Assembly (NCBI GenBank): GCA_040081625.1
Contig: JBEBGD010000014.1
Coordinates: forward strand, 1-64,000
Length of the DNA stretch: 64,000 nucleotides
Source of the DNA: Chthoniobacteraceae bacterium
Lineage (GTDB): Bacteria; Verrucomicrobiota; Verrucomicrobiia; Chthoniobacterales; Chthoniobacteraceae
Reading direction: 5' to 3'
Positions 50,101 through 62,100 of the stretch are shown one piece after another. The position numbers were made by a program, and so were the translations under genes. Position 1 is the stretch's first letter, and every line of letters starts with the position of its first letter. Under the pieces are notes generated by a model. That model saw only the letters and a list, made by a program, of their open reading frames with translations. It was not told the origin of the DNA and searched no databases.

Positions 50101-53100
50101 TTCATCGCGATCCTGCGCATACACCGGCGTGCCGTCGCTCTCCTCGCCGACCTGGATCATGCGCGGGATGCCCGAGCGGATGCGAATCTGCCCGGCAGCC
50201 GAGAGGCCCTGCTGGTTGTGGACCACGAGCCGGTCGCCCGCGGTCTCGAATTGATCGCCGCCCACGACGACGAGGCGGCCGCGGATGCGCGACACATCGA
50301 AGATGCCCGTGGCCTTGAACGCGAACGGAGGCGGATCGACCGTGACCTTCGCCGGCTGCACCACCTGCTCGCGCGGCACGAGCGCGCCGACCTCGTAGTT
50401 GAACTGGAGATCCGGGACCGTGATCTCGAGCTTCGCGTCGAAGATGAAGAACGCGCCGAAGACCAGCCGCGATTGGAGATTCGCCGGGTTGTAGCTCAGC
50501 ACGTTCGAGTCGCTCGCGTCGAAGCGGACGAAGGAATTCGCGAGCCGCGCAGAGGCCTTCAGCACGTTGATGAAGGATGCCATGTAGCTCGCCGTCAGCG
50601 ACTGGATCGTCTCGCCGGAGAAGACCGCGCCGAGCAGGCTCACGCGGAAGGTGAAGCCGCCGAGGTTGTCGGCGCGCGGCGCATAGACCACTTCCGGCGG
50701 GAGCTGGATGCGGAAGGCCGGCGGCTGATACTCGAAGGACGGTGGATCGAACACGAGCGTCGGCGGCTGGCCGCCGATGTGGATCGTGTCGTCGCCCGAG
50801 CCGCCCACGAGCGTCGTCTCGAAGAGCGGGCTGGTCGCGAGCACGTAGATGTTATCCGCGCCGCCGCCACCGTCGATCTCGATGGCTTCGATGTTCGTGA
50901 AGTTCACGATCCGGCCTGCGCCGGCGATGTAGGTGTCGGTCACGATGAAATTGTCGCCGATCGGCGTGCCGACGATCACGATCGTGTCGATGCCTGCGCC
51001 GCCGTTGATCTTCACCGGAGCATTCTGCAGGTAGTCGTAACGGTTCTCGCCGCCGCCACCGAAGAGCGTCGTGAGGTTCGTGATCTCGTTTTCGTCCTCG
51101 GCGTTTTCGCGCAGGACCAGGAAGGTCTTGAGCAGGAAGCGATCGTTGCCGTTGCCGCCATCGAGATAGAGCTTCGCGCGGTTGTGGTTCACCTCGAAGC
51201 GGTCGTTCTGGTCGCCCCCGAGGATGGTCAGCGGCGCGGAGTTGCCGTTGGTCAAATTGTCCGTGTCCACGACCGGCACACCGTCCGGGAATTCGAGCGT
51301 GCGGTTGCCGGTGTCGGGCTTCAGCGGAACGGTCGCGATCGCGATGTCGTCGTCGCCCGAGCCCATGTCGATGACGGTATAGACGACCGTGTCGTTCGAG
51401 AGGAAGGCGTCCGCGCCGGCGAGGCCGTTGACTTTCACGATGTCGATGCCGCGGAAGCTGAGGATGTCGCTCGCGGCCTTCGTCCGGTCGCCCACGATGA
51501 CCGTGCCGACTCGCGACGCGCCGACACCAAACGCATCGAGCGTGATCTGGTCCGGCCCGTTGGTTCCGTTCGCCACGAGCTCGTCGCGCCCGGAAGTGCC
51601 GCCCGAGTCGTCGATCGTGAGGCGCGTCGAGTTCGAGCCGGTGAAATTGATGATGTAATATTCGTTCAGCCCGCCCTCCGGCCCGAGCCCGGAGCCGCGG
51701 TTATCGAGCGTCACGGTGCCGGTGAACGGCGTCACCGTGTAGGTCGTCGACCCGACGCGGACAAAGCCGTCCACGTCGTTGAGCACCATCACATTGTTCG
51801 TATCGCCACCGGTCAGCTCGGCGTGCTCGAAGATGCGCGCGTTGTTACCCGGGTTCAGCGTGCTCTCGATGATGGAATCCCCGCGCCAGGTGTCGCCACC
51901 GTCGCGCAGGCTGAAGCTCACCGGCGCGCCGAGCGCGAGGTATTCGGGATCTTCCGCATCCTTGAGCCGCGTCTCCTCGGCCTGCTCGTCGAGGTTGTTC
52001 GCCTTGAAGAACACGCCGCCGCCGACCATCCTCGAGCTGTCGGCGGTGAACTGCGGCATGATGAAGTTGTCCCCAGTCGGCGCGAACGTCACGACCCAGT
52101 TCCCGGCGCTGCCGGTCACCGCCACATTCGTCACGCCGATCCCTTGCAGCGCCGCGAGCACCGAACCGGCCCCGGTCGCGGGCGCATTCCACGCGATCGG
52201 TGCCGTCGTCTGGCCGCGGAAGGTCAGGGTGAAAGTGCCGCCGGTCGCATTGTGCGTGACCTGCTGCACCACATCCATCGTGCGAATCGTCTTCGGCGCG
52301 ATCGACACGCTCTCCTCCGGCCCTTCGAGCACCGGGATGCCCTGGATCGTGTTCGAGATGCTGAGGAACTGCACCTTCCACGGACTCTCCGGCGTGCCGT
52401 TGCCGGTCACCGTCACATCGTTGATCTCCGGCAACGCTTCGAGCGCGGACTCGACTGTCGCGGCCGTCGCGGTCGCCGGATTGATGTCGGCTGTCAGCAC
52501 GCTGTTGAAGGTCAGCTTGAAGGGCGCGGAGCCTGGCGTGACCGAGATGAACTGCACCTCGTTCGCCGTGTAGTGCGTCTTCGAGATCACCGTGATGCGT
52601 CCGTCGCCCACGACCTTGCCGATCACGAGGTAGTTTCCGAAGAGGCCGAAGTCCGAGTCCTGTTTCTCGACCAGCGTGTCGTCGCCACCCGAGTCGATGA
52701 AGATGTCGCGGCCGTTTCCGCCGCTCACGCGATCATCGCCCGCGCCGCTGTTCAGCGTGTCGTTGAAGGCCGAGCCGGTCAGATCGTCGTTCCCCTCGCC
52801 ACCGATGAGCGTGAGGGCCGCCTTGTCCACCTCGACGCCGCTGGCTGTGATCCGGTCAGTGCCCGAGCGGGCGTCGATCACCAGGCCGTCGCCCTCGCCG
52901 CGCACGCTGTTGACCGCCGTGACGGTGTAGTGACCCTGGCGCACGACATCGATGCCCGTGTCGTCGCCGGTCAGCGTGAAGGTGTCGTTCACGCCGTCGT
53001 CGCCGTGGATGAGCAGCGTGTCGAGCGCGCGGTCGTCGGAGAAGGTGAAGTTCGGCTCCTCGATCGTCGTGTCGTCGCCGGTGTTCGACGGCGTGCCGTT

Positions 53101-56100
53101 GTCGCTGAGCGTGCGGATCTTTGTGCCCTGCTGCGTCGCCTGCCGTCCGTAATCCACGGTGACCCGGTTCACGCCGGCGCCCACGAGGCTGTTGATCTCG
53201 ATGCTGTCACCGCCCGTGCCGGCATCGATGTTCAGATTCTCGACACCGGTGGCTTTGAAGCTCGCGGGCAGGCCAGTCGAAACACTGAACTGGCTCGCGG
53301 CACTCCGGCTCACCGTGATGCGATCCGCACCGGCGCTCGCGGTGAATTCCAGGCGGTCGTTGTCCGTGGATTCGTTCGCAGTGATCTCGCTGCCCGCGGA
53401 GGTGATGCCGAGACGGAAGATGTCGTCACCCGTGCCGCCCTGGATCAAATCCGCGCCGCCGTTGCCGACGATCAAGTCGTTGCCTTCGTCGCCACGCAAG
53501 TCGTCCGCTTTCGAGCCGCCGTAGATTTGATCGTTGCCTGATCCGCCCGTGGCGATGAGTCGGCCGGTGCCGAGGTTGAAGATGTAGTCCTCGCCCCCGC
53601 CGCCGTTCACCGTCACTTCGGTCGCGTTGCCGGTGACCTGGATGATGTCGCTGCCTTCGCCAGCATTGATGGTCGCTAGCGCGTCGCCCGCGTAGATGAT
53701 GTTGTCGTTTCCGCCGAGGGCGTTCAGCGTGATCGGCGAGGTGATTCCCGGCCCGAACACGAAGTCGTCATCCCCTTCCGTGCCGTCGCCGACGATCGAG
53801 GACACGTGCTCGAAGACGTTGCTGCGGCCAGCCGTCGTGACCTTGATCGTCTCGTCGCCCGGCGTGCCGCCGATGTGCTCGATCGTGTAGCTCTCCGACT
53901 GCGCTCCCACACCGATGCCGCGCTGCAAATTGCGCGAGCCGGTGTTAAGCTGGAGCTGGCCGCCGTTCCATTTACGCTCGTTGCCCGCGCCCGGGCTGCC
54001 CGCGAGGAAGACCGGCTTCGGCAGCTCGAGGTAGCCGATCGTGAACGTGTGCCGGAAGGTGATGCTGAAGAAGAAGAAGTCGATCGAGACGGCGAGCGAA
54101 AGCTTGATCGGGATGGTGCCCTGGCCTTCCGCGTGGAAGCGCGCGTCGAGGCTGACGCCGAGCGGGAAGCCGAAGATGTAAGCCCGCACGTAGCCGCCGA
54201 GGTGCAGGTCGAAGAGGAAGTAGTCGTTGCCGAAGGTGTCCTTCGTGACCACCGACGTGATCTCGAAGACGACACCGCCCTCGATGCCGAAGAAGTTGTT
54301 GCCGATCTTGAGCCGGCCCTCGACGCGAACGCTGAAGCTGCCGCTCGAATCGAGCCAGCCGGCGACGGTGAGGCCTCCGAAGCCAAACAGATTGACCCCG
54401 GCGGCGAAGTCGAACCTCCACGAATTGAACGACGAGACGCGGATCGAGAAGCTCGCGTCGAACTTGAGGATCTCGAGAATCTTCACGTTGCCGCTCAGCC
54501 CAAGGTAGAAGCCCACCGGGACTCCGTCGCGCGCCGCGCCGGTCGTGTTGAGCTGGAACCGGCCCGCGGCCGTGATCGAGAAGACGGCGACGTCGGCGTT
54601 CACGCTCACGCCGATGTCGAGCACGAGGCCACTCGAATATACTGCCGCGAGACCGTGCGCCTCGAAGCTCAGGCCGCCGAGGTAGAATGACACGTCGAAC
54701 CGGATGCGGATGCCTTCCGGTCCAATGAAGATCTGGATGCGCCCGTCGCCGCGCGCGAAGCCGAGGAATGTGACCGAGCCACTGATGTCGATCAGCAAGC
54801 CCCGCTCGATCGTCATCGTGCCGAGTGTCTGCGTGCGGCTGGTCGTGTTGATCTGGAAGGTCGCGCCGACCGAGAACTGCAGGCCGACACTTCCGCCGAA
54901 GCTCGCATCGAGCGAGAGGGTCAGCCCGGCGACGAGGCCCTCGCTGTTGATGCGCAAGCCTCCCGCGATATTCACCTGCCCCAGCGGACCGATCCGCGCC
55001 GTGGCTTCGACGGTCACCGAGAGTTCTGTGAGGTCCACGCGGAACTCGAACTTGCCCTCCAGGGTGATGGTGTCGGCGATGTTGAGCGAACCGCGCATCT
55101 TCAGCAGGAAGCCCGGCCCGGCGGCAAGCTCGACCGTGCCAGGCACGAGCCGGTTGTTCGCATCGCGGACGAAGCGCCCGGTCGCCGGTTCGATCTGGAA
55201 GGTTTCGACCATCCTCGGTGTCGAGAACGAATTCAGCTCGAGCAGGAACTCGCCATCGAAGCGAACGCCCGGGATGCCGTTTGCGATGAGGATGATGTAG
55301 ATGCGGCCGACGATGCCCGTATCCACGCCGGCATAGACGTTCAGATTCAGGGTGCCAGAGACTGCGCCGAGGACCGGGATGCTGCCGCCCACGGCGCCGG
55401 TGACTTTAAGGATCCCCTGGCCCATCGGATCGATATCGACGGAGATCTGGAGGAAGCCATTGAGCGTGATGACGTGCGCGATCGTGAGCTGCGCCTCGAT
55501 CGTCGCGACGAAGTAGATCGACGGGTTCGCACCTGCGACCGGCATCCCGTCGAGGCCCGGGGCCGACGCAAACACGGCGATGGTCGTGGGATCGCCCGCT
55601 GAGAGGAAGGGCAGGAACGCATCCGGCACCTTGAAGCTCTGGTCGGCCAGCGTCGTATTGAACATCAGCGAGACCGAGCCGCTGACCGAGAAGATGTCGC
55701 CGATATCCGGCAGGCCGATGCCCGCGCTGCTGTCCACGCGAAGGTAGCCGGCGACACCGATGATTTCTCCCGGCTGCGTGGGCTGGAAGACCGCCTGGAA
55801 CAGGCCGGTCACCTTGCCATAGGTGATCTGGTTGCTGCCGATTCCGAACGACAACTCCGCATCGGCGAAGATCGTCATCCGCTCCGGATTGAGCTGCATG
55901 TAGAAGAGGCCGCGGGCAGTGAACAGCGGGTTGGCGAAGCCCTTGGGTTGCAGAGCCAGGAAACCGATTGCCTCGAGTGCGAAGCTTTGCTTGGCGAGCA
56001 CGTAGGTTTTTACGAGTGGCCCGCCGTTCGGCCCGATCCCGGGCAGCGAGATCGTCTCCGTCTTCGGCGCATTCGAGGTATTGAGCTGGAACGTGCCCGA

Positions 56101-59100
56101 CGCGGTGAGGCGGAGGCCGATGTCGTCGAGTTGCTTGAAGTTCCGGAGTTCCGCGGTGGCGACACCCCAGACGGCCGGTGCGTCGCCGAGGTCGATCACA
56201 AAGCGGCCGGCGACCGCCCCCAGCGTGCCGACCACGAACACCCGCAGCTCGGCGTTGAAGTCGAGCATGATGACCTTCCGCTCGCCGTCGATCGTCAGCT
56301 TAATCTCACCGCGAATCTCGACGACCGGATCCTCGATGAACGGAAGCTTCAGGCCGTAGGAGCCGGAGATCTCGAGCTTGAACGCCTTCGCCTGACTGAT
56401 GATCTGCAGCGTCTGCGTCGAGGCGGCGCCGGTCGTGCCGCCGGTATCTGCCCAGCCGCTTGCTTTGAAGATGACTTGCAGCGCGCCGATGTTGAAAGAG
56501 CCAGCGAGCGGATAACGCCACGTATTCGTCCCCTCGATCCGGGCCGGCGTGCCGAGCACCACATTCTCGCCGCCGGCTCCCTTGAGCGTGAATTCGTCGC
56601 CGTTGATCGTGGAGGCATCGACCTGGCTCGATCCGACCGGCGTGAACGTGATGTCGATGTAGTTCTGATCGTTGAGCGTCTCGCGATCGAAGGTGTCGCC
56701 GGGGGCGTGCGACGCGAGCGACGCGCGGCCCGACTGCACCGTGAACGTCTCGGTCTGCGCGAGGTTCCCCACCATGATCTCGTCCGCGAAGCTGTTCGGC
56801 AGGACTTCGACGGTGTAGTTGCCGTCGGCGAGTTTGCCACTGAAGCGGTAACGCCAGGAGTTCGTCCCCTCCCCGTTCTCAAGCAGGACACGCTCGGGCG
56901 AAGTAAGCGCGATCCCCTTGCCCGCCGCGTCCTTGAGCGTGATTTCGTCGCCGTCGATGGTGTTCGGATCGATCTTGCTGCCGAGCGGCGCGCGGAAGGT
57001 GACCTCGATGTAGCCGCTCGCATTGATGCGGTCGGACCCGATGACCGAACCCGTCATCGGACTGTTGAGCGCGGCGACGCTGCCCGCGACGGTGAAGTTC
57101 AGCGTGTATTCGACGCTGCCGTATGGATTCGCGTCCGATTCCGTCCAGCCTTGGCCGGAGCCGTTGGCCGCGAGGAAATGAACGCCCACCTCGCCGACCC
57201 CGAACATGCCGTTGATGAAGTAGCGGTAGGTCACTGCGCCGCGTTCGCCGAACATGCCCGCCGGGGTCATCCGCAACGGCGCGATCGAGCCATCGACGAC
57301 GACATTATTCGTCGTCGCGCCGAGACCGGTCAGGTCGAACTCCGCGCTGGCGTCCGTGATCGAGCCCTCGTCGAGGGAATGCATCGACGACGGACTGAAC
57401 GTGATGTCGATGAAGCTGCGATTGACCGGGCTCGTGATCTCGACCGGCGGACTGGTGCCGGGGGAAGCCGACACGCCTTCCGTCCATGAGCCGTCGAGGT
57501 AATTGATCGTGACCGCACCACTGGTCGCAAAGCGACCGGTCAGCCAATACCGGTAAATCACCGTGCCGACCCCGGTGCCCACCTGCATCGGCGGGTCGTT
57601 GCTATTGAGGCGCACCGTGCCGATGCCCGGCCCGGAGAATGCGAACTCCGGTGCCGCATCCATGATCGAGGCGGCATTCGCGGTGTTCGGGAATGCGACA
57701 TCCACGAAGTTGCGGCTGTTGAGCGTATTCAGGTCGATGAAGCTGCCCGCGCCCGGATTGAGCACGATGGCGCTCGCTCCCAGCACGGTGAAGACCGAGA
57801 CCGTCGGGTCGCTTCCAAGGCCGGGGCTCGTGGTGCCATTGCCCTCGTCGGCGTCGGCATTCTTAAAGCCTTCGCCGGTCGTCCCATGGTAACCGAGGAA
57901 ACGCACCTCGACGGTGCCGGTATTGAACGTCGTGAAGGGGCTCTCGAGGAAGTAGCGGAACCGCGAGACATTCTGGTTGAGAATCTCTGCCTCGATCGCT
58001 GCCTGGTCCGCCCCGGTGATGGGCGTGACTACCGTGCTGCCATCGTCCGCGATCGAGGTCTTCAGCGGCACTGGCACGCCGCCGGTGTGATAAAGCTGAC
58101 CGTTCGCGAAGACCTGGAGTTCCTCGCCCGCATCGAAGATCGAGCCGTAGTCGAGCTTCTGACCCGGGGCGAGCTTGAAGCTCACGTCGATATACGGGCC
58201 GCTCTGCGCGGTGCCACCGAGAGGAGTCAGGGTCACGAGCGGCCGGTTGTTGATCGCGCCGATGTCGATCGTGCTGCTGCCCGGATCGAGCAGCACTCCC
58301 GTCGGCGCCACGGGCAGTCCGACCGCGCCGCCCGGCGTCAATTCATCGGAGAAGCCGATGTTCACCGTCTCGCCCGTCACGTCCTGGAAGCTCAGCTTCA
58401 GCTTCCCGGAGATGATCTGATCGAAGAAGGCACCGACCGGGCCGGGGATCGGCGTCACCGCATAGAAGAGGACGGTGACCGAGCCCTTGGCGACGTTCGA
58501 GAGGTCGAGGTAGAGCTTGGCCGTAAAGTGTGCCGCGCCACCCGCGAGGAAGATGTCGCCACCGATGAAGATTTTCCCGTCGGTGCTGATCTTGAATCCA
58601 ACGATGCCATTGAAGACGACCTCGGGCAGCGCCCGGTGGCCAAAGGTGCCCGAGCCCGAGATCACCATCGGTTCGGTGAAGGCGGCGAGGAAACCGCTCG
58701 TGTTTGGGTCCATCTCGATGCGGCGGTTTTGCCGCACGACCTGCATTCTGATCTGATCGAGCCACTGATCCGCCGGGATGCCACCCGCGCTCAGGGAGAA
58801 TGCCGGTCCCCTGAGGTCTGTGGCCTTTTCGATCGAGGGGAGGGTGCTGAAGAACTCCACGCCGCCGGAGAAGCTCTTGATGGCAAACCCGGCGGGAGGA
58901 ATCGTGATCGGCGTGCGGATCGTGAGTTGCACGCCGAGCGGGCCGAGTTCGGTGAGCGCCAGACGAATCTCGAAGCCGAGACCCGGCGGAACGTCGAACC
59001 CGCCCTCGAGGCCGAGGAAGAAGATGCGCTTGGCCACCTGCGCTTCGGGCGCGAGCGACGAGAGGATGTTCCCCGTCGAGTCGAGCCGCAGGATGCCGCC

Positions 59101-62100
59101 GATCAAACTCGCGTTGATCTTGCCGATCCCAAAGAACGGACCGCCCACGCTCACCCCGAGCGAGTCAATGCCGATGATCGGGAACTCACCGTTGATCAGC
59201 TTCTGCACGTCGATTTTGATGCCCTCGACGAAGCCCGAGAAGTTCAGGCCCTTCAGCCCGTGGATGCCCGTGACCGCGGCTGAAAGGGTGAGCACGAAAT
59301 TGCCCGGCTCCTGCTCGATGCCGTTCGGCCAGGTGATGCCGATCTCCGTGATGCGAACCGGCAGCCACTTCGGCCACTTGAAGGTGTCGCCCGTGGCCGC
59401 GCCGATGCCGATGGCGATGCCAAAGCCGGGCAGCGACTTGAAGGAGCCGTCGCCGAGGATCGCAAAGTTTCGGCCTTCGCCACTGAGCACCAGCCCGCCG
59501 ATGTTCACTTCCGCTCCGGCCGCGCCGACTCGCAGCAGCTCTTCCTTGCCGACCGCTCCCGTGTCGAGCCGCACGTCGCCCGCGGTTAGCGTGACGACGC
59601 TGCCGATCGTCACCCGCAGCGTGTCGATGTCGAACTTGAACGCGTTGATCTTCCCATTGCTGAACGTCAGCGTCGCCCGCAGCGCCTCCGTATCCGGCGA
59701 ACCCGGCAGATCCTTGCCCGGCTCGGCGGTGAGTCGGTCCGTGACGACCACCGAGAAGCTGCCGCCGATCATCAGCTTCGCCCCGCCGCTCGCGATGAAG
59801 ATCGACCCGTTGAAGACCACCGGATTCTCCGCGTCGAAGTTGACCGAGAGGTTCGTGACGCCGACGCGGATGTCGTCGAACTCGAGCACACTGCCGAAGC
59901 GAATCTTCGTCGTCGCCGGCGCCGGTTGGCCGGTCGAAGTGATCGGGGTCGCCTGCGTGGGGATCGTTCCGGTGGTCACCGGGACGCCGCCGAACTGCAG
60001 GATGGCCTGGCCGATCGTGAAGCCATTCTGGCGGACGACGAGTCCGGGGATGATTGTGGGCGGTCCGCGCACGGGCGTCTTGCCCAGCGGAGTCGGGTCC
60101 GTTGACATTTCCGCATTGGTGGGCGCGCGATTCTGCTGCGTGCTCGTGTCAAAGGGACGCAGCTTCGCGATGATGTTCAGCGGGATGATCGTCACGTCAG
60201 CCTGATAGACGCGGAGGATTTCCTGGGTCCGCGCGCCCATCGGGTCGTAGGCGATGCGGATGCCCTGCGCGGCGATCGTCAGCACGTTCGGCACGGTCAC
60301 ATTGAGCGAGTTGACCGCGAAGCTGAACTTGCCGGGCACGTTGATGTCCACCTTGCCACCAAGCAGGCCAAAGACATCGACTGCCACGTCGAAGGCGCCA
60401 TGCACGCCGAGCAGGTCCGCGGTGATGCCGCTGCTGCTCTGCTGCGACGAGGTTCCCGAGCTGGGCGGCGGCGGTGCGGGCTGGCCGGACGGCGCGACCG
60501 GCGCGGCTCCGCCGAAGGCGAGCGACGCGCGGTCCACGCCGATGCCGATGGTGATCACGACCTTGCCGTCCTTGAAGCCGAGTTTGTCGATCCCGATGGC
60601 CGGGCCTTGCAGGGTGAGCGGGCCGATCTTGATCGGCGCCCCCTCGGGCCGCTCGCCCGGCACTGGCGCCGCGAGCGTGAAGCGCTCCTGCTTCGGTGAG
60701 TTTACTGCGCCGTCCTTCGTGCGGACGCCCCAGAATGCTTCCACCGGGATGCTCGGGTTCGGCGCGACAAAATTGACGAGCACCTCCGTCGGCGCGCCGC
60801 TCGTGCTCCCGGCGAAGAGGCCGATCGCGTTGTTCGGGTTCGAGTCCTTCAGGTAGTAGCGGTAGGTCGTGCCCGAGATGAGCAGCGGCGGGCCGACGAG
60901 TTCGGGGAAGCCATTCGCGTCCACCTTGATGTCGGCGACACCCGTGCCCGACAGCTTGAACTCATTCCCATCGATCGTGCTCGTGTCGATCGGGCTGCCG
61001 TCCTGCGAGGTGAAGGTCACGTCGATCCACTGCCGCGCATTGATGCCGGTGAGGCTCACGCTGCCGACCGGGTTCACGAGCTGCGCGCTCGCGCCGGCGA
61101 CGCTTCCCGGCGCCTTGGTGCCGTCCAGATAGCTGAAGGCGAACGGCAGATACGCGATCTCGACATTCGCACCGGCCGGGATCGTGCCCGTGTAGGAGTA
61201 GCGATACGTTTTACCGGCGACGACCGTGGAGATCGGATCGGCGCTCACGGTCACGCCGGGAATCGGCGCGCCATTCACACGCAACGCAATCTCCGCCAGT
61301 CCATCGGTGATCGACGCATCGGTGATCGGCGAACTGCCGACGCGGAAAAAGGTCACGTCGATCGTCTTCGCCGTCGTATTGATCGCCGTGGTCGGCACGA
61401 CCTTCGACACGGCCACAAAAGTCTCGGTCCGCGCCAGTGCCGCGACGCCATTCACGTCGGCGAATCCATTCGCCGTGAAGGTCAGCGTCACCGCTCCCGG
61501 GTTCAGGGTGCCGGTGAAGGTGTAGCGCCAGAGGTCCGGGTTTGCCACGGCGTCGGGCCGCGTCGGCGCGGTGCTCAGCGTGATGCCCGAGGCGCCGCCA
61601 TCGACGCTCACGGTGAACTCATTTCCATCGACCGTGTTCGCATTGATCGCCGCACCCGTCGGCGTCTGAAGGATGACGTCGATGTAGCCCTTCGCATTGA
61701 TGTCCGCGAGATCGACGAAGCGCGTGCCGGCCGTGAACGACTGCGTCTCCGCGACGTTCGTGATCCGGGAATTGTCGAGCCACGACTCGGCCAGGAACTC
61801 GACCGTCACCGTTCCCTCGGGGATCACGCCGGTGAAGTTGTAGCGCCACACGTTCGTGGTGCCGACGCGCTTCGGCACACCGTTGATGACCACACCCGGC
61901 GGCAGCATGCCATTCACGCGCAGCACGAATTCCGGCGCGGTGTCCTCGATGGAGCTGGCGATGAAGCCCTTCCGGTTCGGGTCGTTGAACTGGACGTCGA
62001 TGTAGCCGCGCCGGTTCAGCGCCGCGCGATCGGCGAGCGAGCCGGCGACGGGGTTGAACAGATCGGCCGTGAGCGGCTGGATCGATGCCGGCACGCCGGG

